Source of the DNA: Clostridium sp. 28_12
GTDB taxonomy: Bacteria > Bacillota > Clostridia > TANB77 > CAG-508
Assembly: GCA_001916055.1 (NCBI GenBank)
Contig: MNRR01000035.1
Coordinates: 17,302-77,128, forward strand
DNA: 59,827 nt
Direction of reading: 5' to 3'
Positions 43,512 to 51,930 of this stretch are shown in pieces. The notes under the pieces are model-generated. The model searched no databases, was not told where the DNA came from, and saw nothing but the letters and a program-made list of their open reading frames with translations. The translations under genes and the position numbers were made by a program. Position 1 is the first letter of the stretch. Every line of letters starts with the position of its first letter.

Positions 43512-44352
43512 TTATTTTCCCCATTTTCATCCCAATAAATCTAACAGCCATATTAGGAACAAACTTAATTAGTACACTCCAATTCTTATCTTGTATAGCT
43601 CTTTTTAAAACATACTTTGCCATACTTCCACCTGCTTGATTTACTTTATAATTATTTAAATAATCATTTTGTTTAAAAAACTTTCCTGTATCTTTATATC
43701 TATTATAATACTGTTTTAATGTAAATTTGTGTGAATGTACCACCTCTGAATCCGCACAATATTTTATTTTATATCCATTTGTTATTAATTTATATGCAAT
43801 ATACATGTCTTCACTAATAACTAAGTTTTTATTATCATAGCCATTTAATTTTGCAAATATTTTTCTATTAATTGCAGAAGAAGCATCAGAAAAGAAAAAT
43901 GCTCTTAATCCCATTTTTTCTATATCATCTTTGCTAACAACTTTTGATTCTTTAGGGTAATTACATTCTCTAGTATATTTTTCAATTGTATTATTATTAC
44001 ATAATTGTCTACTATAACAAGCAGCAACACTTCCATTAGCAATATCCTTAGTTAAAAAATATAACCAATCATCTCTTTTTATTTTAATATCCTGTGTAAT
44101 AAAAACAACAATATCTGCCTCACTTTTTAAAGCTGCATTTTCTCTTGTCAAACTATGAGAAAATTCTTCCTTTTTTATTTTCTCATATGGTATATGTAAA
44201 TCATTTAATATCTTTTCTGTATTATCTTTACACTCAGTTAATATATATATTATTTTATTTATTAAAACGTTTTTTTGCATTAATAATGACTTGTGTAAAT
44301 TTTCTATATCATTCTCAGCATTATACAAAGGGCATATTATATCAATTGTCAT
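43504..44352 (-). CDS. family 2 glycosyltransferase
   Basis: MTIDIICPLYNAENDIENL...VVFITQDI... shows GT2 architecture. Confidence 0.7.
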   Translation of the reverse strand: MTIDIICPLYNAENDIENLHKSLLMQKNVLINKIIYILTECKDNTEKILNDLHIPYEKIKKEEFSHSLTRENAALKSEADIVVFITQDIKIKRDDWLYFLTKDIANGSVAACYSRQLCNNNTIEKYTRECNYPKESKVVSKDDIEKMGLRAFFFSDASSAINRKIFAKLNGYDNKNLVISEDMYIAYKLITNGYKIKYCADSEVVHSHKFTLKQYYNRYKDTGKFFKQNDYLNNYKVNQAGGSMAKYVLKRAIQDKNWSVLIKFVPNMAVRFIGMKMGKING

Positions 44353-45087
44353 TTATCTAGCTCCTTCCTTAAATGCAACTTTTTTAACCGTCTTTCCTAA
44401 TAATTTCATATCTGATTTTATTCCTTTTTGTTTATAATATTGTATATCTAAATCAAGTCTTTCCTCAAATGTAACATCATTTCTTCCACTAACCTGCCAC
44501 AATCCTGTAACACCAGGTTTAACTGCAGTAATATAAGGATAAGCCTTTCCCATATCATCAATTTCTCTAGGAAGATATGGTCTAGGTCCAACCAAACTCA
44601 TATCACCTTTAAGAACATTAACAAATTGAGGAAATTCATCAATCGAAGTTTTTCTAATAAATTTTCCTATCTTTGTTACTCTTGGATCATCTTTCAATTT
44701 TTTATTTATTTTATACTCTTTTCTTGCTTCTTCATTCTCTTCTAAATATTTTTCTAATTTCTCATCTGCTCCCATGACCATTGATCTAAATTTATACATT
44801 TTGAAGATTTTACCATCTTTTCCGATCCTATTTTGAGAATAGAAAATTGGTCCATTATCCCCAACTATTAAATTTGCTATGTATATTCCTATTGTCATTG
44901 GCACTAGCATTATAATTCCAAATAACGCTCCTATTATGTCCACAATTCTTTTTAATATCTTGTAGCCAAGCGCTTCACCTTGACGGAATCTAGTTGTTTC
45001 TTTTGTGACTGTTGGTAATGCATGTATATTTGGTATTACATTATCAACAACGTCAACGACTTCTTCACGTGCTAAATTTGTATTCAC
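44353..45087 (-). CDS. initiating undecaprenyl-phosphate sugar phosphotransferase (bacterial sugar transferase family)
   Basis: FYSQNRIGKDGKIFKMYKFRSMV...DEFPQFVNVLKGDMSLVGPRP...PGVTGLWQVSGRN. GTG start with GGGGGAAG RBS. Confidence 0.88.
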   Translation of the reverse strand: MNTNLAREEVVDVVDNVIPNIHALPTVTKETTRFRQGEALGYKILKRIVDIIGALFGIIMLVPMTIGIYIANLIVGDNGPIFYSQNRIGKDGKIFKMYKFRSMVMGADEKLEKYLEENEEARKEYKINKKLKDDPRVTKIGKFIRKTSIDEFPQFVNVLKGDMSLVGPRPYLPREIDDMGKAYPYITAVKPGVTGLWQVSGRNDVTFEERLDLDIQYYKQKGIKSDMKLLGKTVKKVAFKEGAR

Positions 45088-45127
45088 TTTAGCTTCCCCC
45101 TTTTAAACATCCCTAAATCAATTCATT

Positions 45128-45625
45128 TTAATTTAAACCATCTACTTGCTTTCTGGATAGCTTGTTAATTAAAACCATACTTCCTAAATGTATATATATT
45201 CCAGTAAGCACTCCTAATGTGTCTAACCCAACATCAAATAATCTTGCACTTCTTCCAGGTACAAAATATTGATGCAGTTCATCTGTAGTCGCGTAAAATG
45301 CGCCAAAAAGTAAACTTACTAATATCTTTTGCTTTTTGTTTTTCTCCATTGAATATGTATAGTTCATTATTAAGAATCCTCCGACTGTATAGATGGTGTA
45401 ATGTGCTCCTTTTCGTACAACTTTTTCTATACATTCCTCTGTTTGTTTATTGGGTTCTTCTTTATCTTTTGTTATTACATTTATTATTATTTTGGTCACT
45501 TTTGAGCTTGTTCCACTTGATTCGGTTCCACCTTGATTTGAGAAATTAAATATTACTATCATCCATATTACTATTAATATTGCTTTTATTATTTTTATTT
45601 GTTCTTTTTTGTCGAATTTTTTCAT
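45128..45625 (-). CDS. VanZ family membrane protein (second paralog)
   Basis: TDELHQYFVPGRSARLFDVGLDTLGVLTG. First gene on the upstream side of the EPS genes. Confidence 0.8.
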   Translation of the reverse strand: MKKFDKKEQIKIIKAILIVIWMIVIFNFSNQGGTESSGTSSKVTKIIINVITKDKEEPNKQTEECIEKVVRKGAHYTIYTVGGFLIMNYTYSMEKNKKQKILVSLLFGAFYATTDELHQYFVPGRSARLFDVGLDTLGVLTGIYIHLGSMVLINKLSRKQVDGLN

Positions 45626-45889
45626 ATCATATTTACTATATCATTTCTCAACTTTTTTTTCAATACTTTTTGTTTATTTTTGTTTACAAAAAACAAAAAA
45701 AATTAAGAAACCATTGTTTTTTCAAATAATTTCTTGTTTTTGACATTTGTTTTATTAAAAATATAGTATACTTTTTTGTGCTTTTTAGAATTGGCAATTA
45801 TATAACTATAATAAGCATGTCATATAAATCAGTAAAAATACTATATCTTCTTCCACCTTTAAATCATCTATATGTAACATATATCCTGT

Positions 45890-46520
45890 TTACAAATATT
45901 CTTTATATTTGTTTCTAAACTTGTTTAAAGAAGAAAAAGTATAATTTTTTCCTGTTGCAGTAAGCATTTGTGCAACAATGTTTTCCATAATCATCCCTTC
46001 ATTAAATGCAAGCTTATTAAATAAAATCTTCTTATATACTTCTTCATCAACCAATCCTTTTTCATCAAATGCTAAAGAAATTAATAATCCAGTACCTCCC
46101 ATGTAGCATTTCAATGCACTTGATTCCCCATTTAATCTAAGTCCTATATTAGGTTCAGTTGTATTATATGCAATATTTACAATCATAGATTCTTGAAGCC
46201 AAAAAAATGCATCTTTATAATCTCTATATCTTGCATCTTTTTGAATTGCATTAAAAGAAAATCTTTTTTCATATTTTTGTAATTGAGATGATATTTCTTC
46301 AAAAATACTTTGTACTTTAACCGAATCATCTCCACTATATTTTACTATATCATTTTTATATAGATTTAATATGTCGCTCTTCTGATGGTATTAATATGTT
46401 TTCAACATTCTTTTTTATCGAAATCAAAGAACCTGTTTCAATATAATCATATTCTAGTATAGTGTCAATTTCTGGATTTTCTTTGATTTCTTTTTTGCTT
46501 AAATCTAAAATTTTCAAGTA
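45890..46520 (-). pseudogene. N-terminally truncated AAA ATPase (DUF4143-type) remnant
   Basis: Continuous minus-strand frame: ...ETGSLISIKKNVENILIPSEERHIKS...FFWLQESMIVNIAYN...NEGMIMENIVAQML. It lacks the Walker A region and has no start codon at the frame origin. Confidence 0.5.
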
Positions 46521-46630
46521 ATTAATAAAAAAGTTACTTTAAATAAAAAATATTTAAGGCAACTTTTTTTGGTTATATCATATCCCATCCAATTTTTCAT
46601 ATCATCTCCCCATTACTTTTTATTAATTGA

Positions 46631-46671
46631 TTTTAAAAAATAGCAGAATGCTGTAATACATTTCTGCTATT
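46631..46671 (-). terminator. rho-independent terminator of hpf
   Basis: aatagcagaa / ttctgctatt 10-bp stem, followed on the minus strand by TTTTTTAAAA. Confidence 0.65.
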
Positions 46672-46696
46672 TCTCTTCAATCTATTCTATTATTCA

Positions 46697-47221
46697 TTAA
46701 GCTTCTGGTTCGATTAAACCATAATTTTTACCATCTTTTAATTTATGGATAACATTAACTTTAGAAGTTTCAACATTAACAAATGCTAAGAACATTTGAG
46801 TTGGTCTTTCTTGCAATTTTAGTTTTGCATCTTCTGGTGTCATTGGTTTAATATCATAATATTCTGTTTTTAATATTTCATCTGTAACTTCATGTACTGG
46901 ACCTTCAACATCTAATGATTTTAAACTTGCCTCTTTCATTATTTTATCTTTTTTTGTTTTTGATTTTCTAATTTGTCCTTCTAATATATCTATATCTTTA
47001 TCTATTGAAGCATATAAGTCTTTATCCTCTGTTACTGCTCTGAACATTTCACCATTTGCTGATACTTTTATTTCTGCAATTTGTACATTTTTTTCTACTC
47101 TTATTGTTACATCTGCTTCTGCATTATCAAAGTATTTTGCTATTCTGTCCATCTTTCTTTCTACATAATCGTTTATTGCTTCTGTTACCTTTAGTTCCTT
47201 TCCTGTTATTTTTATTTGCAT
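46697..47221 (-). CDS. hpf: ribosome hibernation promoting factor (long HPF)
   Basis: MQIKITGKELKVTEAINDYVERK...EIKV...AVTEDKDLYASID, plus the C-terminal dimerisation domain ...MFLAFVNVETSKVNVIHKLKDGKNYGLIEP. Confidence 0.9.
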   Translation of the reverse strand: MQIKITGKELKVTEAINDYVERKMDRIAKYFDNAEADVTIRVEKNVQIAEIKVSANGEMFRAVTEDKDLYASIDKDIDILEGQIRKSKTKKDKIMKEASLKSLDVEGPVHEVTDEILKTEYYDIKPMTPEDAKLKLQERPTQMFLAFVNVETSKVNVIHKLKDGKNYGLIEPEA

Positions 47222-47452
47222 AAAAATCGCTCCTCTCTTTTCGTTATATTTTTTAGTATATTTTTATTATACCTTTTATTTCCGTTTTTGGCAAGGCTTT
47301 ATGGAAAGATTTTTCGCTTCATAACCAATGAATAATCCATCTTCTTTTAAAATTCTTTTTATTTCTAGCATTAACTTTCTAGTATCTTCATCAGAAATAA
47401 TCATTTGTACTCATCTTACTACCTCTTTTCCTTTATTTATTTTATTTTTTCT

Positions 47453-48277
47453 TTAAGCTTTTTTATTTTCTTTCTCTAATTGTTTTAAACTTTTCTTAGG
47501 TGTTGGTAAGTCTTCTGGCATAGTTCCTCCTAGTTCTTTTATCGTTTTTCTTATTTTTGATCCAACTTCATAATGAGCTTTATTAGCTTCTTTTTCACTT
47601 TGAATATTATCTTTTTTTAATTTTTGTTCTGTTTGAGATATTCTAAATAAATTTGCTATAAGTTCATCACTTCCCATATTATCCAAAATATCTTCTCTGT
47701 ATCTCAATCCTTTTCTTTTAGCAATATCATCTGCCGTTTCTCCATTGTATAAACCTTTATATCCGCTATTGTGAAATTTATCAAAATTTTTAACTCCTGT
47801 TTTTTTCGCTATTTGATTAAGTGAATAATTTCCTTTCTTTGTTAAGTTTCTTTGATAAAATCTCTTTTCATCTTCTGTTAATGAACTATATTCTTTTTCG
47901 CTAATCTCTTGTTTCCTAGTTTGAATTGCAAAATATGTTTGTGCAAGAGCAATTACTTTTTTTCTAGTATCTCCATTTTGTGCTATTAAATAGCATGCAT
48001 AACGAGTTAATTTATAATCTCTAATATTTTTTGTTGCACCTTTAGGCATTTTTATCGTTTTGTCAATGTCGACAAAATGTTCAAGAACAGTAATATCACT
48101 GTTCCTACAAGATTCTTTTGCTTTGTTTATTACATTTTCAAATTTTCGCCATTCTTTATAATTTAAAACTAATTGTAATTCTCTTGCATACCAATATTCA
48201 ACTCCATTTTCATCAATATGTTTTATATCTTCAAAGGTTTTGTTAGTATAATTTTCTTTTTTATCTAGTTCATTCAT
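47453..48277 (-). CDS. dinD: DNA damage-inducible protein D (DinD) family protein
   Basis: ...LTRYACYLIAQNGDTRKKVIALAQTYFAIQTRKQE...GSDELIANLFRISQTEQKLK...ELGGTMPEDLPTP is colinear with E. coli DinD as I recall it. Confidence 0.8.
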   Translation of the reverse strand: MNELDKKENYTNKTFEDIKHIDENGVEYWYARELQLVLNYKEWRKFENVINKAKESCRNSDITVLEHFVDIDKTIKMPKGATKNIRDYKLTRYACYLIAQNGDTRKKVIALAQTYFAIQTRKQEISEKEYSSLTEDEKRFYQRNLTKKGNYSLNQIAKKTGVKNFDKFHNSGYKGLYNGETADDIAKRKGLRYREDILDNMGSDELIANLFRISQTEQKLKKDNIQSEKEANKAHYEVGSKIRKTIKELGGTMPEDLPTPKKSLKQLEKENKKA

Positions 48278-48701
48278 TTTTAATCATCTCCATTTCTTAC
48301 TATTTGACATTTTATTACAATTTCAAGTAAATTGCAATATATTTGCGAAAATCTGTTTTTGAATTAGCAAGATTTTTTCAATTGATTTTTTAGCTCCTAT
48401 TTGTAATATTTTTTCTTGATTTTCAATCCTGTTTTATTTGGAACAACTAGCTGATGTTGTGGAGATATAACAAAACTAGTAATTTTTTTATACTCATTAT
48501 TATCATATCTAATTATCTGTCCATTACTAATTTTATACTTGCTGTTGTAAAATATAACAAAATATGATAATATGATTACAATCAATTGAAAGGATATGAA
48601 TTTTATGAATTGACAGAGTTACAAAGTAAAAAAGTACAATTATTAAGATGGTTAGCAATAATTGCAGGAGTATTTATACATAATACTCCTAATGGATTGG
48701 C

Positions 48702-49019
48702 TCAAGTTTTTTGCAGACCTTTATTAAATTTTTCATAAAGCACACGAGTTACATAGTACGAATTTCTGGTAGAAACGATAAATACGTTACCTGCCAGATT
48801 TTTGACATCCTGCACAGTTGTGGTTTCAGTGCTACGAAAAATGAGCTCACCTTTCGAATTTTTCTCAAGTCTCTTACACTTATAGTGTTCACCAACCTTA
48901 GGAATAGAATCTCCGATTGCCATATAAGACTTGCTAGGCTTAGAGACCTGTGCCTGACCATTACCTACAAATGCTCCCATGATTGCGTTCATCACGCTTT
49001 CTTCAACTGTTCTTGCCAT
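48702..49019 (-). CDS. hypothetical protein (106 aa) in a higher-GC cassette
   Basis: GGAGG RBS and ATG 49019 (MARTVEESVMNAIMGAFVGNGQ...). GC is clearly above the flanks. No motif recognised. Confidence 0.5.
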   Translation of the reverse strand: MARTVEESVMNAIMGAFVGNGQAQVSKPSKSYMAIGDSIPKVGEHYKCKRLEKNSKGELIFRSTETTTVQDVKNLAGNVFIVSTRNSYYVTRVLYEKFNKGLQKT

Positions 49020-49172
49020 TGAATTACCTCCAAAATTTTTTAATATAGTTAAACGGCTAGCTGCAAACACGAGGTGTTTACTACAAAAGTACTTGCCTTC
49101 AGAGATTGCAGAAGAAAATTGAATTTAATCAGGTAATACTTCATGCATTTCGCTATCCAATCCATAATATAC

Positions 49173-50009
49173 TTAATTTATACTATCTAAAAATTCTTTT
49201 AAAATTTTAACTATTTCTTTAAATTCTATATTCTCAGCATATTTGTTTTTCTTCTTATAAGTATTCCAATAATTAATAATTCTATCATCTTCAGCAATCA
49301 AATCTAAAATTTGCTTATAATCATTATAATAATCAAAAGCCTCTCTTTTTCTTAAAGTATTATTTAATGCTTGCTTAAATATCTCTAAGTCAATATCATT
49401 TCTTAATTTCATCAAAAAGAAATAAACATCATAATAATCTTTCATTCTAGTATTGTATTTTCCCCTGCGAAGAATTGTTTCGATCTTCTCTGCCAATATT
49501 GTTTCAATATTATATGTATCAATATATATCTTTTTATTTTCAAATATAGATATATATTCAAAATTTAATTCATTTGGAGTGATTTCATCTCCTGTAGAAA
49601 TATCAATTTCTAATGCTACTTTTAAATTTTCTAATTTTCCTACTATATGATATTTATTTCCACCATATTCGTCATCTGCACGTATATCTGTAATATTAAC
49701 AACATCAAATTTAACTTTATCATTAATATCTATTGATAAAATTTCATTTAAAATTTCTAACATATTCTCTTGAGATACATCAATGCCTTTTATAGAAATA
49801 TCCATGTCTCTTGTACTTCGACTATTTATTCCTAACATTGCAGAAGGTAATAGACCACCTTTTAATATAAAATTTTCATTGTATTTTGATACAGATATTC
49901 TCTCTAAAATTCTTTCAAACATAAATCTTTGATATAATTCTAATTGAGTTAGTCCAGACTCTTTTGCAAATTGTTTCGACTTTTCAAATAATTCACTATA
50001 ATCAATCAC
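49173..50009 (-). CDS. abiEii: AbiEii/AbiGii-family nucleotidyltransferase toxin (type IV TA)
   Basis: ...FILKGGLLPSAMLGINSRSTRDMDI... is the NTase motif. Gene is translationally coupled to the AbiEi-like gene (1-nt overlap). Confidence 0.8.
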   Translation of the reverse strand: MIDYSELFEKSKQFAKESGLTQLELYQRFMFERILERISVSKYNENFILKGGLLPSAMLGINSRSTRDMDISIKGIDVSQENMLEILNEILSIDINDKVKFDVVNITDIRADDEYGGNKYHIVGKLENLKVALEIDISTGDEITPNELNFEYISIFENKKIYIDTYNIETILAEKIETILRRGKYNTRMKDYYDVYFFLMKLRNDIDLEIFKQALNNTLRKREAFDYYNDYKQILDLIAEDDRIINYWNTYKKKNKYAENIEFKEIVKILKEFLDSIN

Positions 50010-50587
50010 TATATTAATACCTCCATAATATTTTCAAATTTTTCTTGTATATTAAATATTTTTGCATATTCTTCCAAAGTTATTAAATTTCTTTTCGATT
50101 GCTTAAAATAATTTTTTATAATTTTATTATAAAGTTCTATGTCGACTTCATTTTTATTCCTTAATAGATCACATATGCACCTTTCAGCATTATATATTTT
50201 TATAGGATTTCCATAAGGACTTTCTATTTCTATAATTCCTATGTCAAATTTATCTTTTGCAACATAATGTATCTGTAAATCTTCACTTATATTATTATGG
50301 TTTAAAGTTGTTACATCTATTTTGTATGGAACTCTATCACTTAGATTAAGTAAATAACAAGCAGTATTATAAGAAAATACAATATTTGAAAATTTTTGTT
50401 GTAATATATAAAATTCATCTTCTATTAGTGTATTATCTATATATAATCCTCGAGATACTTTTCTAATAATCTTTTTATCAATATATCCTTGAATAGACGG
50501 TCTGGAAATACCTAATTTTTCAAAATCTCTGGTTTTTATATAACCATTGTTTTTATTTAAAAAATCTATTAATTTATTTTCATTCAT
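50009..50587 (-). CDS. abiEi: AbiEi-family antitoxin / transcriptional regulator
   Basis: N-terminal wHTH-like NNGYIKTRDFEKLGISRPSIQGYIDKKIIRKVSRGLY, in the position upstream of AbiEii. Confidence 0.75.
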   Translation of the reverse strand: MNENKLIDFLNKNNGYIKTRDFEKLGISRPSIQGYIDKKIIRKVSRGLYIDNTLIEDEFYILQQKFSNIVFSYNTACYLLNLSDRVPYKIDVTTLNHNNISEDLQIHYVAKDKFDIGIIEIESPYGNPIKIYNAERCICDLLRNKNEVDIELYNKIIKNYFKQSKRNLITLEEYAKIFNIQEKFENIMEVLI

Positions 50588-50870
50588 ATCTCTTCACCTT
50601 TCTTAACAAACACTCGTTAATTTTATCATTTTTACGAATGGTTGTAAATGTTTTTATTAAATATTATATGTTTTTTTCTAAAATTTATACAAAATATTAA
50701 AAAAAATACCATATTTTTTATATTTGGTAGATTATTTGAACTTTATTGATTATAAAACTTGCAGACATAAAGACTTATTGCTTTTATTATTAAGCACAGG
50801 CATGAGCAAAATTGATATATGAAGAAAAATAAAATTTGAGGTGTTACCTCGCCTCGACCAGAAATGTCAA

Positions 50871-51222
50871 TGGTGGAGATGAGGGGAGTCGAACCCCTGT
50901 CCATAACACTATCCACACAAACTTCTCCGAGTGCAGTTTGTTATTGAAATTCATTTATTAATCATTAACAAACAAACAATTAATAAATATATCTGCTAAA
51001 TACCCACTATTTCCGCAGAAAAAATAGCTTTGTTTCCCGCTAAATGACACCAAATTAAAATATGCGGGGATATCTTAACTGGCGTTGCCGCAAACTAAGC
51101 AGCAAATGCTAATTCTGTATTATCAGCGTTTATATTTAGTTTTCTCGTTTTTTAAGTGGCAAACGAGAATCCACTACTCGCTATCTGTGATTCCAATGCA
51201 ATGTCGAAACCATTACATCCCC
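50871..51222 (-). ncRNA. ssrA: transfer-messenger RNA (tmRNA)
   Basis: Minus strand starts GGGGATGTAATGGTTTCGACA and ends GGACAGGGGTTCGACTCCCCTCATCTCCACCA. Internal tag reading frame GCT GAT AAT ACA GAA TTA GCA TTT GCT GCT TAG encodes ADNTELAFAA. Confidence 0.92.
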
Positions 51223-51338
51223 AAATACACATCTATTATAATATATTTTTTTAACAAATTCAAGAAAAATTTTTATGTATATTTTTTTCCTTTTTTGTCA
51301 TAATAAGAATATACTTAAAAACAAAAAGGAGGAAGATT

Positions 51339-51871
51339 ATGAAAGCAACAGGTGTTGTAAGAAGAATAGATGATTTAGGTAGAGTTGTAATTCCAAAAGA
51401 AATTAGAAAAACATTACGTATAAAAGAAGGCGAACCTCTTGAAATATTTACAGATAGGGAAGGTCAAGTAATTTTGAAAAAATATTCTCCTATTGGTGAG
51501 TTATCAGAGTTTGCAACAGGTTACGCCGAAACATTATCAAAAACAACTGGTCATATAGCTTGCATAACTGACAAAGATACTGTAATAGCAATTTCTGGCG
51601 GACCTAAAAAAGAATTTTTAGAGCAAAATGTTAGTGACGAATTAGAACAATTAATGGAAGATAAAGAAGTTTATACAAGTAAAGAAAATAGTGATGTAGC
51701 AGTCCCTATAACAAAAAATGACAATAATGAAAGAAAATATAATTCACAAGTAGTTTATCCTATAATTTCTAATGGAGATAATCAAAAGAGTCTAATACAA
51801 AAATGAATGAAGTTGAAAAGAAAGTTGCTCAATCAGCTGCAAGTTTTTTAGGAAGTCAAATGGAAATTTAG
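51339..51871 (+). pseudogene. spoVT: stage V sporulation protein T (AbrB-family regulator), disrupted by an apparent ~22-nt deletion and frameshift near 51780
   Basis: N-terminus MKATGVVRRIDDLGRVVIPKEIRKTLRIKEGEPLEIF. The frame stops at 51806. The expected C-terminus SKESNTKMNEVEKKVAQSAASFLGSQMEI continues in another frame to 51871. Confidence 0.7.
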
Positions 51872-51881
51872 AACATTTCAG

Positions 51882-51920
51882 AACGTGTTTTTTCTGTGCA
51901 ATGCACCGAAAAAACACGTT
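51882..51920. terminator. near-perfect 39-nt palindrome between convergent spoVT and mutS2, related to the repeat-family core
   Basis: aacgtgttttttc-t-gtgca-a-tgcac-c-gaaaaaacacgtt, followed by TTTT on the plus strand. Confidence 0.7.
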
Positions 51921-51930
51921 TTTATCTGTT

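Noticed and set aside
47276-47404. 43-aa ORF MIISDEDTRKLMLEIKRILKEDGLFIGYEAKN... upstream of hpf
   Set aside because: It resembles only the post-motif tail of a SAM-dependent methyltransferase and is far too short to be functional. It is mentioned as a remnant in the islet finding only.
48397-48585. 62-aa minus-strand ORF between dinD and the higher-GC cassette
   Set aside because: It has a TTG start with no purine-rich RBS and lies in a region that looks like decayed transporter sequence. It is not supportable as a gene.
47230-50870. Prophage or integrative element inserted at ssrA
   Set aside because: No integrase, recombinase or phage structural genes are present, and I could not see a duplicated ssrA 3' end. 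It is reported only as an accessory islet.
51085-51303. 72-aa plus-strand ORF
   Set aside because: It lies antisense within the tmRNA gene (50871-51222), which explains the sequence.
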